Of a DNA stretch of 35,178 nucleotides, positions 1 through 10,310 are shown piece by piece (position 1 is the stretch's first letter; the number at the start of each line of letters is the position of its first letter). Both the position numbers and the translations under genes were made by a program. A model generated the notes under the pieces. That model saw only the letters and a program-made list of their open reading frames with translations, made no database searches and was not told where the DNA came from. The DNA is taken from positions 1-35,178 of the forward strand of contig JAFUNW010000033.1 in assembly GCA_017472905.1 (NCBI GenBank). Reading direction: 5' to 3'. Source of the DNA: Bacteroidaceae bacterium. Its GTDB lineage: Bacteria; Bacteroidota; Bacteroidia; Bacteroidales; Bacteroidaceae.

Positions 1-3000
1 ATCCTCCAGATTGGTTACATCGTTGACAAATGCGTTGGCATGGGTAAACATTTGCAACTGTTGGTATTGGCGCAGGTCTATGTTGATGTTTTTATAGATG
101 GCGCGTGCGTCTCCTGTGCCTAAATCGCTCACCTTAATGCAGAGCGACTGTTCGTTGTCTTGTCGGAGTTGAGGCTGTGAGGGGTCGAGCACACGACTGA
201 TACCCGGTGGAAGCACATAGTTAACCGGTTCACGGTCGCCGTTTTCTTCGATGTTGACGGACGAAATGGTGAGCGTACCACTAACACTTGGAGCTGTGAC
301 ATTGTTGTAAAGGGCCTGCTCGTATGTTCTCCATTCCGACCGAATCAAATCGAGCGTTGCGAAGCGCATGACGATGGGTTGTTCGAAGTTTGTGAGATAC
401 ATGCGTACGAACCGTATGGAGTTGAACCCGTTGATTCCTCCTACTGCTTTTTCGTAATCATCTACCGGAATACGGAATTGATACCACACAGCTTCTTCTG
501 TGTTCCCATTGCGGAGTTTTACGCTGGATGTGCGTTTATCAACAATGTAATTGCGACCCACTTGTAAGTCTTCAGGACGCATGCTGATGTGGTATTGGTA
601 GTATTTTTCGTATTCGTTGAGCGTATAATCTTGATTGATGTCCTCAATATCGGGAGTACGCTTATAGGAGATATCGTAGCTCTCGGGAGAATCTTCCGAG
701 GCAACGGAGTTTCCTTCGGTGTGTGTGATGTATTTGTAACGTTCGAGAATGCTTTTCTCTTCGCGATCGTAATCGGAACCACGCGCATAGTGGTAATCAT
801 CACCGGCTGGGTCTGCCTGGAATTTAGCAAATACCTCGGGAGTGACTTTGGCTTGGATGTTGCTCAAATAATCACGATAAGTGGGGAATTCGGCCTCCTC
901 TGCACTGCTTAGCCCGTTGAGCCCCACGTCTTGTTGACCGCGTGCTCCGCTGGAATTGTCGAAAGCATATACGATGCTTCGGTCTGTTGGTACACGTCCC
1001 CAAGCTGTTTCGACATAGCGAGTCGGGTCGTTGTTGATGGGTAATCCGTTTTCGTAAAATTTCTTTCCATCTTTCAATACATCTTCCGAAACTTCACCCA
1101 AGTTAATGTAGAAATCACCTCCTAATTTCTCGTTTCCCGTCTCATAAAGGAAGGGGTCAAGCATCCAAAATTCAACATATTCGATGTTGGCTGTTTCAAA
1201 GTCGCTAGACTCCAATTTGCGCATCATTCCTCCCCATCGCTTGGCAGGGTTGTTCAGGCGTCCTTCGCTATTTAAGTCTGTGTCCAGGTTGTAAGGGCCA
1301 CGTTCTTCGGGATAATATGCTAAGTTTAGAATTGATAGGGTTGTAGACGATTGGTATTCGGCCTCTTTATTCGGATAAAGTTCTCGTTCGTACACTTCGC
1401 GCACATAATGATTGGATAGTTGCTCCAAATCACTTTTGATGTGTGATGGAGTGAGTGAAGAGCTACGGCGAGTGAAGAGTGGGTCGATATAATACCAACT
1501 TAATAAGGCTCGATCCATTCCGTAACGAATGTCGTTATTAAGATTGGCATTGGGTAAGACAGACGGAGCACTGGCAAGCATCCAACTTTCCGGAGAACGA
1601 ATGTCTATACCGTTTTCCGTATTTTCGAAATCGTCCAGATAAGAGGCATTTCCTTGTACTCCACTGGCTTCTCCTGCTATGAGTTGGGCAAATTCGGCCG
1701 TTAAATTGATGGTGGATGGTTGTGTAGCTTCTAAGAAAGGGAGTTTATCTATCATGTTCGTGAGCCATTGACTCTCTTTTTTCCATGCAATGTTGGCTCC
1801 CCAAATGGTATTTTTCAATGGTTCGCTTCCCATACTGACTTTGCTGGTTGTGGGTTTTTCGCTCAAATGCATGATTGTTCCACCGAATTGGAATTCCTTA
1901 CTGAAATCGTAAGTGAAATTCATTCCCAACATTGTTTTTCGTTGTAAACTGAAGTTGGTATTGCTTTCGAGGCTGACATTAACGGCGGTACCGGCATCAA
2001 TGATGCTTTGATTGATAATGGTGACGCGTCCGGAACTGTAATCAACTGTATAATCGGTGTTCTCTACCAATGTGACACCTCCGGCAGTAACAGTAACGGA
2101 ACCTTCCGGGATATTCCATGCTCCCAAATCAATTTCAGAACCGGAAGTTGCTTTGTATTCTCCGGTAAAAATGAATTTGTCTTTTTCTGCTATTTGTTTG
2201 GCAATGGTCTTCGTAGAATCATATAGCGCATCAAATACGTACTTGTCGGCCAAATCATCGTTTCCGATGAATTTTCTCAGATGCTCTCCGAATGGTTCAA
2301 CTACCGGGAAATAGATTCGGCCATTGCGAGCGGTAACAGTATATCCTTCTACAAAATCAAAAAATCCATTGGGACGACTTTGACTGTTGTTATCCAACCG
2401 ATCTAAATTCATTGCTCGTAGCAAGGTCGTCTCTTTGATTCCCGGTTCCGGTATATAATTGAGGTAAACACCGGCTGTATCGCTTTGGTATTTGATGTCG
2501 AGACGGAATTTATCTTTTTGTACGCTGGTAGCTCCTAATGAATAGACGTTTTTCATCATCAAGTCCCAAGTTCCTACTTGGGGAGAATTGGCCGTATTCT
2601 TTAATAGTTTTACAAAAAGAGCTTGTTTGGTGTCGCTAATATCGGATGCAAACTCTCCAACTTGATAGCGCATGCCGTTTAATGTATATTCAAAGGCTAT
2701 GGCTAGAATGTCATCGGTCTGTAAGGTCTGATTCAAGGAGACATATCCCACAGCGCTATTCAGCGTATATTCACTAGAGGTGAGAAGTCGGGCGTTTTCT
2801 ATTTTCTCATAATCGATACCTCCTGTAAAATTGCTAATACCATCCAGCTCGTTAGTTGTTTGAGTTATGTCTCTGGCTATAGCATGTTCGTTGACCATGC
2901 TTTGATAGAGAGTATTGGCATTATTGTATGGATTACCACTTCCGCCGTTCCCTGTCCATAGGGGATTGCTGATGTTGCGCGACTCTCCCAAGTCGGTAAA

Positions 3001-4104
3001 GGCGATTATGTTGCGTGGGTTATCGTAATTGCTACTTTTGTTTGTAACCCAAATCTCGACTCGGGTAATGCTAATGCCCGACATTATATTGGGAAGATTC
3101 GCCATGTTCTTGTCGTAGTTGTCACGAAAATAATGTGCAAGGAAAAAGTGGCGATTCTCATCGTAGTTAGCAGCACTTAATTCAAATTCGGTCAGTTGGG
3201 CTCCACCTTTGGATGAAACGGTTTTGGACGAAGATTCTTTTTGGGAAACAACAGTTTGTAATTTAAGTTTTCCAAACTGTAGGTCTGCTCGTACACCGAA
3301 AAGAGATGTGGCTCCGCGAATCAAGGATGAATTGGTTGGCATACTGACATTTCCGGCTTCAAGTAGTTTGATGATTTCATCTTCTTTACCTTCGTAGCTT
3401 AATTTGATTTTTTTTGTGTCATAATCAAAGGTCGCGTCAGTATTGTAATTCATGTTCATGTTCATCTTGTCGCCAACCTTACCGGTTATGTTCAGATTCA
3501 CTTTCTCATCGAAATCGAAGCCGAATGTTTTGCGTGAACGTTCGGGCAAACTAGGATTTTCCGTATTCTTGAATTTGGCCCCGAACTTTAGTTCTGCACT
3601 TCCTTGTGTCTTGATTTGTACTCCACCCGGACCGAATATCTTTTCTGCGGGGCCTAAATCAAAATGCATGTCGGTAAAATCAAACTTATCTTTGCCGGCC
3701 TGTTCGAAGTTTTCAGTGTTTTTAGCGCGATAGAAAGCGTCCAACGATTTTTTCATACTCCAATCGGCATATTCTTCCGGTGTCATGAGTATGGGAACAT
3801 CTACATAATTCCCATTAATTTTCGTGCCGATTTTATAATAGCCTGTCTTTTCGTCATATTCAACCTCTTGTTTCATATTCTCGGGGTCGCGTAAATCTAC
3901 AGTGCCCGATTTTAAATCTTTTGTATGAGTCGGAGTCGTTTTTTTAACGGAATATCGGGGCTTTGCTATTGTATCAATTACATCGCTTTGTGTAAATTCA
4001 GATGGAGCGGATACATAGGTATGCGAACTCCCAATGCTAGCAATTGCGTTTATGCTGGCAAAGGTCAGTATGGCATAAAGGAAATGTTTGGTTGTTCGCT
4101 TCAT
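1..4104 (-). CDS. sprA: T9SS outer-membrane translocon SprA/Sov, N-terminal 1368 aa; the gene continues beyond the left edge
   Basis: ATG at 4104 (MKRTTKHFLYAILTFASINAIA..., signal-like). The same frame reads ...DLRQYQQLQMFTHANAFVNDVTNLED at the window edge. SprA-like segments include FGPGGVQIKTQGSAEL, RWGGMMRKLESSDFETANIEYVEFWMLDPF and TLRFATLDLIRSEWR. The ORF track lists no closed ORF in this frame, consistent with no internal stop. Lies directly downstream of ruvA. Confidence 0.93.
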   Translation of the reverse strand, partial: MKRTTKHFLYAILTFASINAIASIGSSHTYVSAPSEFTQSDVIDTIAKPRYSVKKTTPTHTKDLKSGTVDLRDPENMKQEVEYDEKTGYYKIGTKINGNYVDVPILMTPEEYADWSMKKSLDAFYRAKNTENFEQAGKDKFDFTDMHFDLGPAEKIFGPGGVQIKTQGSAELKFGAKFKNTENPSLPERSRKTFGFDFDEKVNLNITGKVGDKMNMNMNYNTDATFDYDTKKIKLSYEGKEDEIIKLLEAGNVSMPTNSSLIRGATSLFGVRADLQFGKLKLQTVVSQKESSSKTVSSKGGAQLTEFELSAANYDENRHFFLAHYFRDNYDKNMANLPNIMSGISITRVEIWVTNKSSNYDNPRNIIAFTDLGESRNISNPLWTGNGGSGNPYNNANTLYQSMVNEHAIARDITQTTNELDGISNFTGGIDYEKIENARLLTSSEYTLNSAVGYVSLNQTLQTDDILAIAFEYTLNGMRYQVGEFASDISDTKQALFVKLLKNTANSPQVGTWDLMMKNVYSLGATSVQKDKFRLDIKYQSDTAGVYLNYIPEPGIKETTLLRAMNLDRLDNNSQSRPNGFFDFVEGYTVTARNGRIYFPVVEPFGEHLRKFIGNDDLADKYVFDALYDSTKTIAKQIAEKDKFIFTGEYKATSGSEIDLGAWNIPEGSVTVTAGGVTLVENTDYTVDYSSGRVTIINQSIIDAGTAVNVSLESNTNFSLQRKTMLGMNFTYDFSKEFQFGGTIMHLSEKPTTSKVSMGSEPLKNTIWGANIAWKKESQWLTNMIDKLPFLEATQPSTINLTAEFAQLIAGEASGVQGNASYLDDFENTENGIDIRSPESWMLASAPSVLPNANLNNDIRYGMDRALLSWYYIDPLFTRRSSSLTPSHIKSDLEQLSNHYVREVYERELYPNKEAEYQSSTTLSILNLAYYPEERGPYNLDTDLNSEGRLNNPAKRWGGMMRKLESSDFETANIEYVEFWMLDPFLYETGNEKLGGDFYINLGEVSEDVLKDGKKFYENGLPINNDPTRYVETAWGRVPTDRSIVYAFDNSSGARGQQDVGLNGLSSAEEAEFPTYRDYLSNIQAKVTPEVFAKFQADPAGDDYHYARGSDYDREEKSILERYKYITHTEGNSVASEDSPESYDISYKRTPDIEDINQDYTLNEYEKYYQYHISMRPEDLQVGRNYIVDKRTSSVKLRNGNTEEAVWYQFRIPVDDYEKAVGGINGFNSIRFVRMYLTNFEQPIVMRFATLDLIRSEWRTYEQALYNNVTAPSVSGTLTISSVNIEENGDREPVNYVLPPGISRVLDPSQPQLRQDNEQSLCIKVSDLGTGDARAIYKNINIDLRQYQQLQMFTHANAFVNDVTNLED

Positions 4105-4150
4105 CTGTTTATTATCTGCTCTTTAGAGAAAATAAGAGTAAGGAATTATA

Positions 4151-4747
4151 TTACAAGCGCTTTAGAGCGATTTTAATGACTTGCTCTACCGGTGCATTGG
4201 GCATCTCTTTTAAGATTCCGACAACGACTTTTTGGGATGCAGCTGTGGCGAATCCTAGCATTGTCAAAGCCGAAACCGCTTCCTCTGAAATAGCGTTTGC
4301 TTGAGGGGGCATAGAAGATGATTCTGTATTGGGAGCAATACCTGAAATATTACCGATTTTATCTTTGAGGTCAACAATGATGCGTTGAGCAGTCTTTAAA
4401 CCGATTCCTTTGACGCTTTTCAATAATTTCTCGTTGCCAGTGCTGATTACTTCACAAAGCTCTGTCGGACTGAGAGCCGATAATATCATACGAGCCGTAT
4501 TCCCTCCAATACCACTTACGCTAATTAGTTGCATAAACAGTTCACGCTCTGTTTTAGTGGCGAAGCCAAATAAAACCCAAGCATCTTCCCGAATGGATTC
4601 ATAGACAAAAAGTGTTATACTTTTTTCCCCTTGAATGGCTGAATAGGTGTTCAAGGATATGTTTAATAGATACCCGATACCGTTGCATTCGATGGTAGCT
4701 GTTGCCGGAGTTATTTCTGTAATTTCTCCCTTAATATATTCAATCAT
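4151..4747 (-). CDS. ruvA: Holliday junction branch migration protein RuvA
   Basis: [11 protein letters not shown]...NGIGY...LFGF...[15 protein letters not shown]...[19 protein letters not shown]...[11 protein letters not shown]. Start moved from 4858 to the MIEYIKG ATG at 4747. Confidence 0.96.
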   Translation of the reverse strand: MIEYIKGEITEITPATATIECNGIGYLLNISLNTYSAIQGEKSITLFVYESIREDAWVLFGFATKTERELFMQLISVSGIGGNTARMILSALSPTELCEVISTGNEKLLKSVKGIGLKTAQRIIVDLKDKIGNISGIAPNTESSSMPPQANAISEEAVSALTMLGFATAASQKVVVGILKEMPNAPVEQVIKIALKRL

Positions 4748-4910
4748 TGTATTTATTTCTCGCTCCTCTAAAAAATTAAATGCTGCGTTGCAGCTTCTAT
4801 ATTTAAATATGAAACGACAAACTATATTTTTTATTGTATAAATAGGGTTAAATTGCAAAGTGATATTGGTAAAAATGCTCTTGCTTTATCGATATCTAAA
4901 ACTTTTTGTT

Positions 4911-4918
4911 TATTTTTG
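4911..4918 (+). promoter_or_regulatory. Bacteroidetes sigma-A -7 element (TAnnTTTG) for ddh
   Basis: TATTTTTG ends about 43 nt upstream of the ddh ATG. Confidence 0.55.
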
Positions 4919-4961
4919 CGCCGCATTTATGGAAATGTGTAACTAAACAATTAAAAACAAG

Positions 4962-5858
4962 ATGAAAAAAATACGTGCAGCAATAGTTGGCTATGGAAAC
5001 ATTGGTCGATTTGCATTGGAAGCTCTAGAGGCAGCGCCAGATTTTGAAGTAGCAGGAATCGTACGCCGAAATACAGAAAATAAACCGGCAGAGTTAGCGT
5101 CTTATCCGGTGGTAAAACATATTGGTGAACTACAGAATGTTGATGTTGCAATCTTGGCAACTCCTACTCGCAGTGTTGAAGTTTATGCAAAAGAGATCTT
5201 GGCAATGGGAATCAATACGGTTGATAGTTTTGATATTCATACCGGTATAGTTGATTTGCGCCGCTCATTGAGTGAAGTGGCTAAGCAACACGGTACTGTA
5301 TCTATTATTTCTGCAGGTTGGGACCCGGGAAGCGACTCGGTTGTTCGTACATTGATGCAGAGTTTAGCTCCTAAAGGTGTGACGTATACCAATTTCGGTC
5401 CGGGAATGTCTATGGGACATAGCGTTTGTTGCAAAGCTATAGAAGGGGTAAAAGATGCACTTTCTATGACGATACCTGTTGGAACGGGAATCCACCGCCG
5501 TATGGTTTATGTTGAAGTGGAAGAGGGTTATGATTTTGAACAAATAGCAAAAGCTATAAAGAGTGATCCTTATTTTATAAATGATGAAACGCATGTAAAG
5601 CAGGTGGATTGTGTGGATGAATTGAAGGATATGGGACATGGGGTAAATCTCGTTCGTAAAGGAGTAAGTGGAAAGACTCAAAACCAGATGTTTGAATTTG
5701 ATATGCGAATAAATAATCCGGCTCTTACCGCTCAGGTATTGGTAAACGTAGCTCGTGCAAGTATGAAGCAACAACCCGGTTGTTATACCATGATAGAGAT
5801 TCCGGTAATAGACCTTTTGTCAGGAGATCCGGAAGAATTGATTGCTCATTTGGTTTAA
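4962..5858 (+). CDS. ddh: meso-diaminopimelate D-dehydrogenase
   Basis: GYGNIG Rossmann motif, NTVDSFDIH, SAGWDPGSDS, TNFGPGMSMGHS, NNPALTAQVL. Confidence 0.95.
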   Translation: MKKIRAAIVGYGNIGRFALEALEAAPDFEVAGIVRRNTENKPAELASYPVVKHIGELQNVDVAILATPTRSVEVYAKEILAMGINTVDSFDIHTGIVDLRRSLSEVAKQHGTVSIISAGWDPGSDSVVRTLMQSLAPKGVTYTNFGPGMSMGHSVCCKAIEGVKDALSMTIPVGTGIHRRMVYVEVEEGYDFEQIAKAIKSDPYFINDETHVKQVDCVDELKDMGHGVNLVRKGVSGKTQNQMFEFDMRINNPALTAQVLVNVARASMKQQPGCYTMIEIPVIDLLSGDPEELIAHLV

Positions 5859-5926
5859 TCTTACTTTTATTTTTGAAGACGAGAAAGTTTTTCGGAGAGT
5901 ACCTTTGAATAAAAATGAGAAAGAAT

Positions 5927-5972
5927 ACGAGGATTTACGGAAGACGGATGTCGGGTGAATCCTCGTTATTTT
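5927..5972 (+). terminator. Intrinsic terminator-like hairpin downstream of ddh
   Basis: ACGAGGATTTAC (5927-5938) pairs with GTGAATCCTCGT (5955-5966), with one G-U pair, followed by TATTTTTG. Confidence 0.65.
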
Positions 5973-6028
5973 TGTGTTGAATTTGGCGGATTACGAATTA
6001 AGAAGTCTTTCAGTTAAAGAAAAGTGCT

Positions 6029-6036
6029 TATCTTTG
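6029..6036 (+). promoter_or_regulatory. sigma-A -7 element TATCTTTG
   Basis: Matches TAnnTTTG about 25 nt upstream of ATG 6061, which argues against the track's GTG start at 5974. Confidence 0.6.
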
Positions 6037-6060
6037 CATTGCGATTTAATAATTAGAAAA

Positions 6061-7008
6061 ATGAATAAATTGTTTAGGAGTATAGCTTTAATATCCTTTT
6101 TGGTGTTTTTTTCGATAAAAAATTACGGAGCGTTTTTTCCTATTTCTGCTTTGCTTCAAATGCCGATAAGTGAACCTTCTTTCCCTTTTCCTGAAATACC
6201 CGTAGCTTTACAGACTCCGGATGCAAGAAAAGATTTTCTTTTGCGCCATTATTGGAGTCGTTTTGATTTTATGAATGAGAAATTGATAGAAGATAAGGCT
6301 ATATCGGAGCAAGGATTGGTAAATTTCTTAGCTCTCCTCTTGGACGATAGCACGTCTGAGGATTTAAAAAAAGAGGCTCTTCATCAATATACTCTTCAAA
6401 TGTCTCAATCTTCTTTTGCTCGTAAATATTTTATGGATTTAACCTCGAAGTATCTTTATGATGTAAATTCACCGATACACAATGAGCCGCTTTATGCCCA
6501 TTATTTACGTGAACTTTTGGCTTGTGAAACACTTGATATAGCCGAGCGGCGTAGGTGTGAATTCTTTTTAAAGTTGGTTGAACGGAATAATCCGGGATAT
6601 ATTGCAACGAATTTCCGTTTTATCACTTCGGATAACAGACAAAAGACATTGTTAAATATGTCGGTCAAAGGTAATCATCTGTTGATTATATTTTATGACC
6701 CGGAGTGTGAGCAATGTTGTGATATGCTTTCTATAATGAAGCAGGATGATTGGTTGTCATCGCAAGTTGCTTCCGGACGAATAACTGTTTTGGCCATTTA
6801 TACCGAGGGGGATGAACGTGTTTGGCGTGCCAACCTTTCTGATATATCTTCGGCTTGGATAATAGGCTACGATTACGGTCGGATAAAAGAGCAGGCTCTA
6901 TATGATTTGAAGGCAATGCCTTCGCTTTATTTGCTAGACGGTCATAAACGGATCATTCTGAAAGATGCTTCGTATGAAGAAATTAAGACTTATTTAATTT
7001 CTGAATAA
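6061..7008 (+). CDS. DUF5106-type exported protein with C-terminal thioredoxin-like (CxxC) domain
   Basis: Hydrophobic N-terminus; HYWSRFDF, YLYDVNSPIHNE, NNPGYIATNF, FYDPECEQC, YDLKAMPSLYLLD. Confidence 0.75.
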   Translation: MNKLFRSIALISFLVFFSIKNYGAFFPISALLQMPISEPSFPFPEIPVALQTPDARKDFLLRHYWSRFDFMNEKLIEDKAISEQGLVNFLALLLDDSTSEDLKKEALHQYTLQMSQSSFARKYFMDLTSKYLYDVNSPIHNEPLYAHYLRELLACETLDIAERRRCEFFLKLVERNNPGYIATNFRFITSDNRQKTLLNMSVKGNHLLIIFYDPECEQCCDMLSIMKQDDWLSSQVASGRITVLAIYTEGDERVWRANLSDISSAWIIGYDYGRIKEQALYDLKAMPSLYLLDGHKRIILKDASYEEIKTYLISE

Positions 7009-7092
7009 TGGTGGAAGAATGTATCTTGGTCGGGCGGAGAAATCTCTTCCATAAAAAATAGAATAAAACCGTCTGTTTTGTGTTTTTATATG

Positions 7093-7100
7093 TAAATTTG
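7093..7100 (+). promoter_or_regulatory. sigma-A -7 element TAAATTTG for mazG
   Basis: TAnnTTTG match about 26 nt upstream of ATG 7127. Confidence 0.6.
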
Positions 7101-7126
7101 CAATCCTAGATTTAAAAGAAAGAATT

Positions 7127-7912
7127 ATGCATACAAGAGAGGAGAAAATAGAAGCTTTTGGACGTTTCTTGGATATATTGGATGAATTGCGCTTGAAATG
7201 CCCTTGGGATCGTAAACAAACTAATGAGAGTCTTCGTCCAAATACGATAGAAGAAGTCTATGAATTGTGTGATGCGTTGTTGAAGAAAGACACGAAAAAT
7301 ATACGTAAAGAGTTGGGTGATGTATTGTTGCACGTTGCTTTTTATGCTAAGATAGCCTCGGAAACAGGTGATTTCGACATTGCTGATGTTTGCAATTCTT
7401 TAAGTGATAAATTAGTATTTCGCCATCCTCATGTATTCGGAGAGGTAAAAGCTGAAACAGCCAATGAAGTATCACAAAATTGGGAGCAGATAAAATTGAA
7501 AGAAAAAGATGGTAACAAGCGGGTGTTGAGTGGAGTTCCGGAGGCTCTTCCGTCTCTGATTAAAGCTTATCGTATACAAGATAAGGCTGCTAATGTAGGT
7601 TTTGATTGGGAGCAGCGTGAGCAGGTATGGGAAAAAGTGAAAGAGGAACTTGATGAATTTCAAACGGAAATAGAACACATGGATGCTGATAAGGCAGAGG
7701 ATGAGTTTGGTGATATATTGTTCAGTTTAGTGAATGTAGCCCGTTTATATAATATAAATCCTGATAATGCGTTGGAGCGGACGAATCAAAAGTTCATTCG
7801 CCGTTTCAATTATGTAGAGGAATCTTGTGTTCAACAAGGGTGTAAAATGAAAGAGAAAACATTATCAGAATTGGACACATTGTGGGATGAGGCTAAAGCA
7901 AAAGGTTTATAG
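7127..7912 (+). CDS. mazG: Nucleoside triphosphate pyrophosphohydrolase MazG
   Basis: CPWDRKQT, IEEVYEL, ELGDVLL, KLVFRHPHVFG, GFDW, EDEFGDILFSLVN (two MazG domains). Confidence 0.95.
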   Translation: MHTREEKIEAFGRFLDILDELRLKCPWDRKQTNESLRPNTIEEVYELCDALLKKDTKNIRKELGDVLLHVAFYAKIASETGDFDIADVCNSLSDKLVFRHPHVFGEVKAETANEVSQNWEQIKLKEKDGNKRVLSGVPEALPSLIKAYRIQDKAANVGFDWEQREQVWEKVKEELDEFQTEIEHMDADKAEDEFGDILFSLVNVARLYNINPDNALERTNQKFIRRFNYVEESCVQQGCKMKEKTLSELDTLWDEAKAKGL

Positions 7913-7957
7913 ATAAAGATACGTAGCTTGATAAAGGACAATAAAATTGATAAAAAG

Positions 7958-7989
7958 TTTGTGTAGTTCACGAGAATATTGTACCTTTG
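7958..7989 (+). promoter_or_regulatory. sigma-A promoter for tRNA-Gln (TTTG at 7958-7961, TACCTTTG at 7982-7989)
   Basis: Both Bacteroidetes -33 and -7 elements are present with 20-nt spacing. Confidence 0.75.
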
Positions 7990-8011
7990 CAGCGCAAAAA
8001 AAGCAAAATAG

Positions 8012-8082
8012 TGGGGTATGGTGTAATGGTAACACTACAGATTCTGGTCCTGTCATTTATGGTTCGAATCCATATACCCCAA
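8012..8082 (+). tRNA. tRNA-Gln (anticodon CTG), CCA not encoded
   Basis: Acceptor stem TGGGGTA/TACCCCA, D arm GTGTAATGGTAACAC, anticodon arm ACAGA-TTCTGGT-CCTGT, T arm TATGG-TTCGAAT-CCATA. Confidence 0.95.
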
Positions 8083-8092
8083 CTTTTACAGA

Positions 8093-8130
8093 ATCCGCTT
8101 TTAATAGAAATATTAGGGGCGGATATTTTT
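8093..8130 (+). terminator. Intrinsic terminator after tRNA-Gln
   Basis: ATCCGCTTTTAATA-GAAA-TATTAGGGGCGGAT stem with G-U pairs and a GNRA loop, followed by ATTTTT. Confidence 0.75.
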
Positions 8131-8252
8131 ATAATGTATAGTCTTCTCTTGTTATATTATATTAACTAAGGTGGAATGGATTATTATTTATCCAAGAAAA
8201 AGAACTATCTTCGCGGCCAAATACGAAAAAGAATTTAATCACAGAGAGAAAA

Positions 8253-10286
8253 ATGAAAAAAAAAGTGTGGGCCGTTGCTGCAGCAAGTTTGTTGTTGGCA
8301 GGCTGTATTCAAAAAGGAGAAAAAGGAATGACGTCAGGTATTGATGTGGCTAACATGGACACGACTGCTGTCCCCGGTACAGATTTTTATCGTTATGCAT
8401 GTGGCGGTTGGATGGATGCGAATCCTTTGCGTGATGAGTATGCTCGCTATGGAAGTTTCGAGGCTTTGGATGAGTTAAGCACCGAGCAAGTGAAGACTTT
8501 GATTAATGAATTGGCGGCCGGTAAACAGGAGGAGGGAAGTATCGGACAAAAGATAGCTACCCTCTACAATGTCGTGATGGACAGCACCAAGCAAAACAAC
8601 GATGGTATTAAGCCTATTCGTGCCGATTTAGACCGAATCGCAGCTATTAAAAACAATAGTGAAATACAGCCGATATTAAATGAAATGCACATAAAAGGCA
8701 TGGGACGTTTGTTTGGATTCTATGTTGGCGCAGATGCTAAAGATAGCAAGAATAATATCATCAGTATTGGTCAAGGCGGACTCTCTTTGGGTGAAAAAGA
8801 GTATTATTTAGATACTGATTCCAATACGCTTGATATTCGCAATAAGTTCAAAAATCATGTAATGGATATGTTCAAGCGAGTAGGCAATGTTGAGGCAGAT
8901 GCACTTCGGAAAACTGAGGCTGTACTTGAATTGGAAACCCGTTTGGCTGCTACATTTAAGAGTGCTACAGAATGTCGCGATCCGGAAGCCAATTACAATA
9001 AGATTACTTATGCCGATTTGAAGAAGGATTATCCGGGCATAGATTGGGATAGCTTTTTTGCAACGTTTGGTATTACCGATGTTAAGGTATTGAGTGTGGA
9101 TCAACCCAACCCGATAAAAGAAGTCGGCAAAATTCTTTCAACAGAATCGGTAGATAAGATAAAAGCCCTGTTGGAGTGGAAAGTGATAGCTTCTGCTGCC
9201 AATTATTTGAGTGATGAGATGCGCGAAGCTCGCTTTGACTTCTTCGGTAAAGAACTTTCTGGTCAAAAAGAGATGCGTCCGCGTTGGAAGCGTGCTATCG
9301 GTATGGTTAATAATTCATTGGGAGATGCTGTTGGAGAAATGTACGTAGAAAAATATTTCTCTCCGCAAGCAAAAGAACGTATGGTGAACCTGGTGAAGAA
9401 TCTGCAAGTCGCATTGGGTGAACGCATTCTGGCACAAGATTGGATGAGCGACAGTACGAAAGCTGCGGCTATAGAAAAATTGAATGCTTTCTATGTGAAA
9501 GTCGGTTATCCCGACAAGTGGAAAGACTATTCTGCTTTGGAAATAAAGGATGATTCTTATCTCGCTAACATACGCCGCATTTCGGAATGGGAATATAGAG
9601 ATATGGTAGCTCGCAACTACAACAAACCGGTAGATAGAGACGAATGGTTCATGACTCCTCAAACGGTGAATGCTTATTATAATCCAACTACCAACGAAAT
9701 CTGTTTCCCTGCAGCTATTTTGCAACCTCCTTTCTTTGACATGAATGCCGATGATGCATTTAATTATGGTGCAATCGGAGTGGTTATCGGTCATGAGATG
9801 ACGCATGGATTTGATGATTCAGGTCGCCGTTTCGATAAAGATGGAAATTTACGTGATTGGTGGACCGAAGAAGATGGAAAACGTTTTGAAGAACGTGCCA
9901 AAGTTATGGACGAGTTCTTCTCAAACATCGAAGTGCTACCGGGATTAATGGGTAATGGAAAACTTACGTTGGGTGAAAACCTTGCAGATCATGGTGGATT
10001 GAAGGTTGCTTTCCAAGCTTTGAAGAATGCAACGGCCAATGCTCCGTTAGGGGAAAAAGATGGCTTCACTCCGGAACAACGTTTCTTTATTGCTTATGCT
10101 AATTTGTGGGCCGGAAACATTCGTGAAGCTGAAATGCGCCGCCGCACAAAGAGCGATCCACATTCCTTGGGAGAATGGCGTGTGAATGGCGCTTTGCCTC
10201 ATGTAGATGCATGGTATGAAGCTTTTGGAATAACAGAAAAAGATTCTATGTTCATCCCGAAAGCAGAGCGCGTACAAGTGTGGTAA
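8253..10286 (+). CDS. pepO: M13 family zinc metalloendopeptidase (PepO-like), lipoprotein
   Basis: Lipobox LLAG-C; DFYRYACGGW, VNAYY, HEMTH zinc motif, GENLAD, DPHS. Confidence 0.93.
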   Translation: MKKKVWAVAAASLLLAGCIQKGEKGMTSGIDVANMDTTAVPGTDFYRYACGGWMDANPLRDEYARYGSFEALDELSTEQVKTLINELAAGKQEEGSIGQKIATLYNVVMDSTKQNNDGIKPIRADLDRIAAIKNNSEIQPILNEMHIKGMGRLFGFYVGADAKDSKNNIISIGQGGLSLGEKEYYLDTDSNTLDIRNKFKNHVMDMFKRVGNVEADALRKTEAVLELETRLAATFKSATECRDPEANYNKITYADLKKDYPGIDWDSFFATFGITDVKVLSVDQPNPIKEVGKILSTESVDKIKALLEWKVIASAANYLSDEMREARFDFFGKELSGQKEMRPRWKRAIGMVNNSLGDAVGEMYVEKYFSPQAKERMVNLVKNLQVALGERILAQDWMSDSTKAAAIEKLNAFYVKVGYPDKWKDYSALEIKDDSYLANIRRISEWEYRDMVARNYNKPVDRDEWFMTPQTVNAYYNPTTNEICFPAAILQPPFFDMNADDAFNYGAIGVVIGHEMTHGFDDSGRRFDKDGNLRDWWTEEDGKRFEERAKVMDEFFSNIEVLPGLMGNGKLTLGENLADHGGLKVAFQALKNATANAPLGEKDGFTPEQRFFIAYANLWAGNIREAEMRRRTKSDPHSLGEWRVNGALPHVDAWYEAFGITEKDSMFIPKAERVQVW

Positions 10287-10310
10287 GCCAATAAAGAGGA
10301 CACCATTTTT

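Noticed and set aside
379-4304. Short ORFs listed over the sprA region
   Set aside because: Antisense or off-frame shadows of the long minus-strand sprA frame; no recognisable motifs.
7947-8169. 64-aa and 60-aa ORFs
   Set aside because: They overlap tRNA-Gln, its promoter and its terminator.
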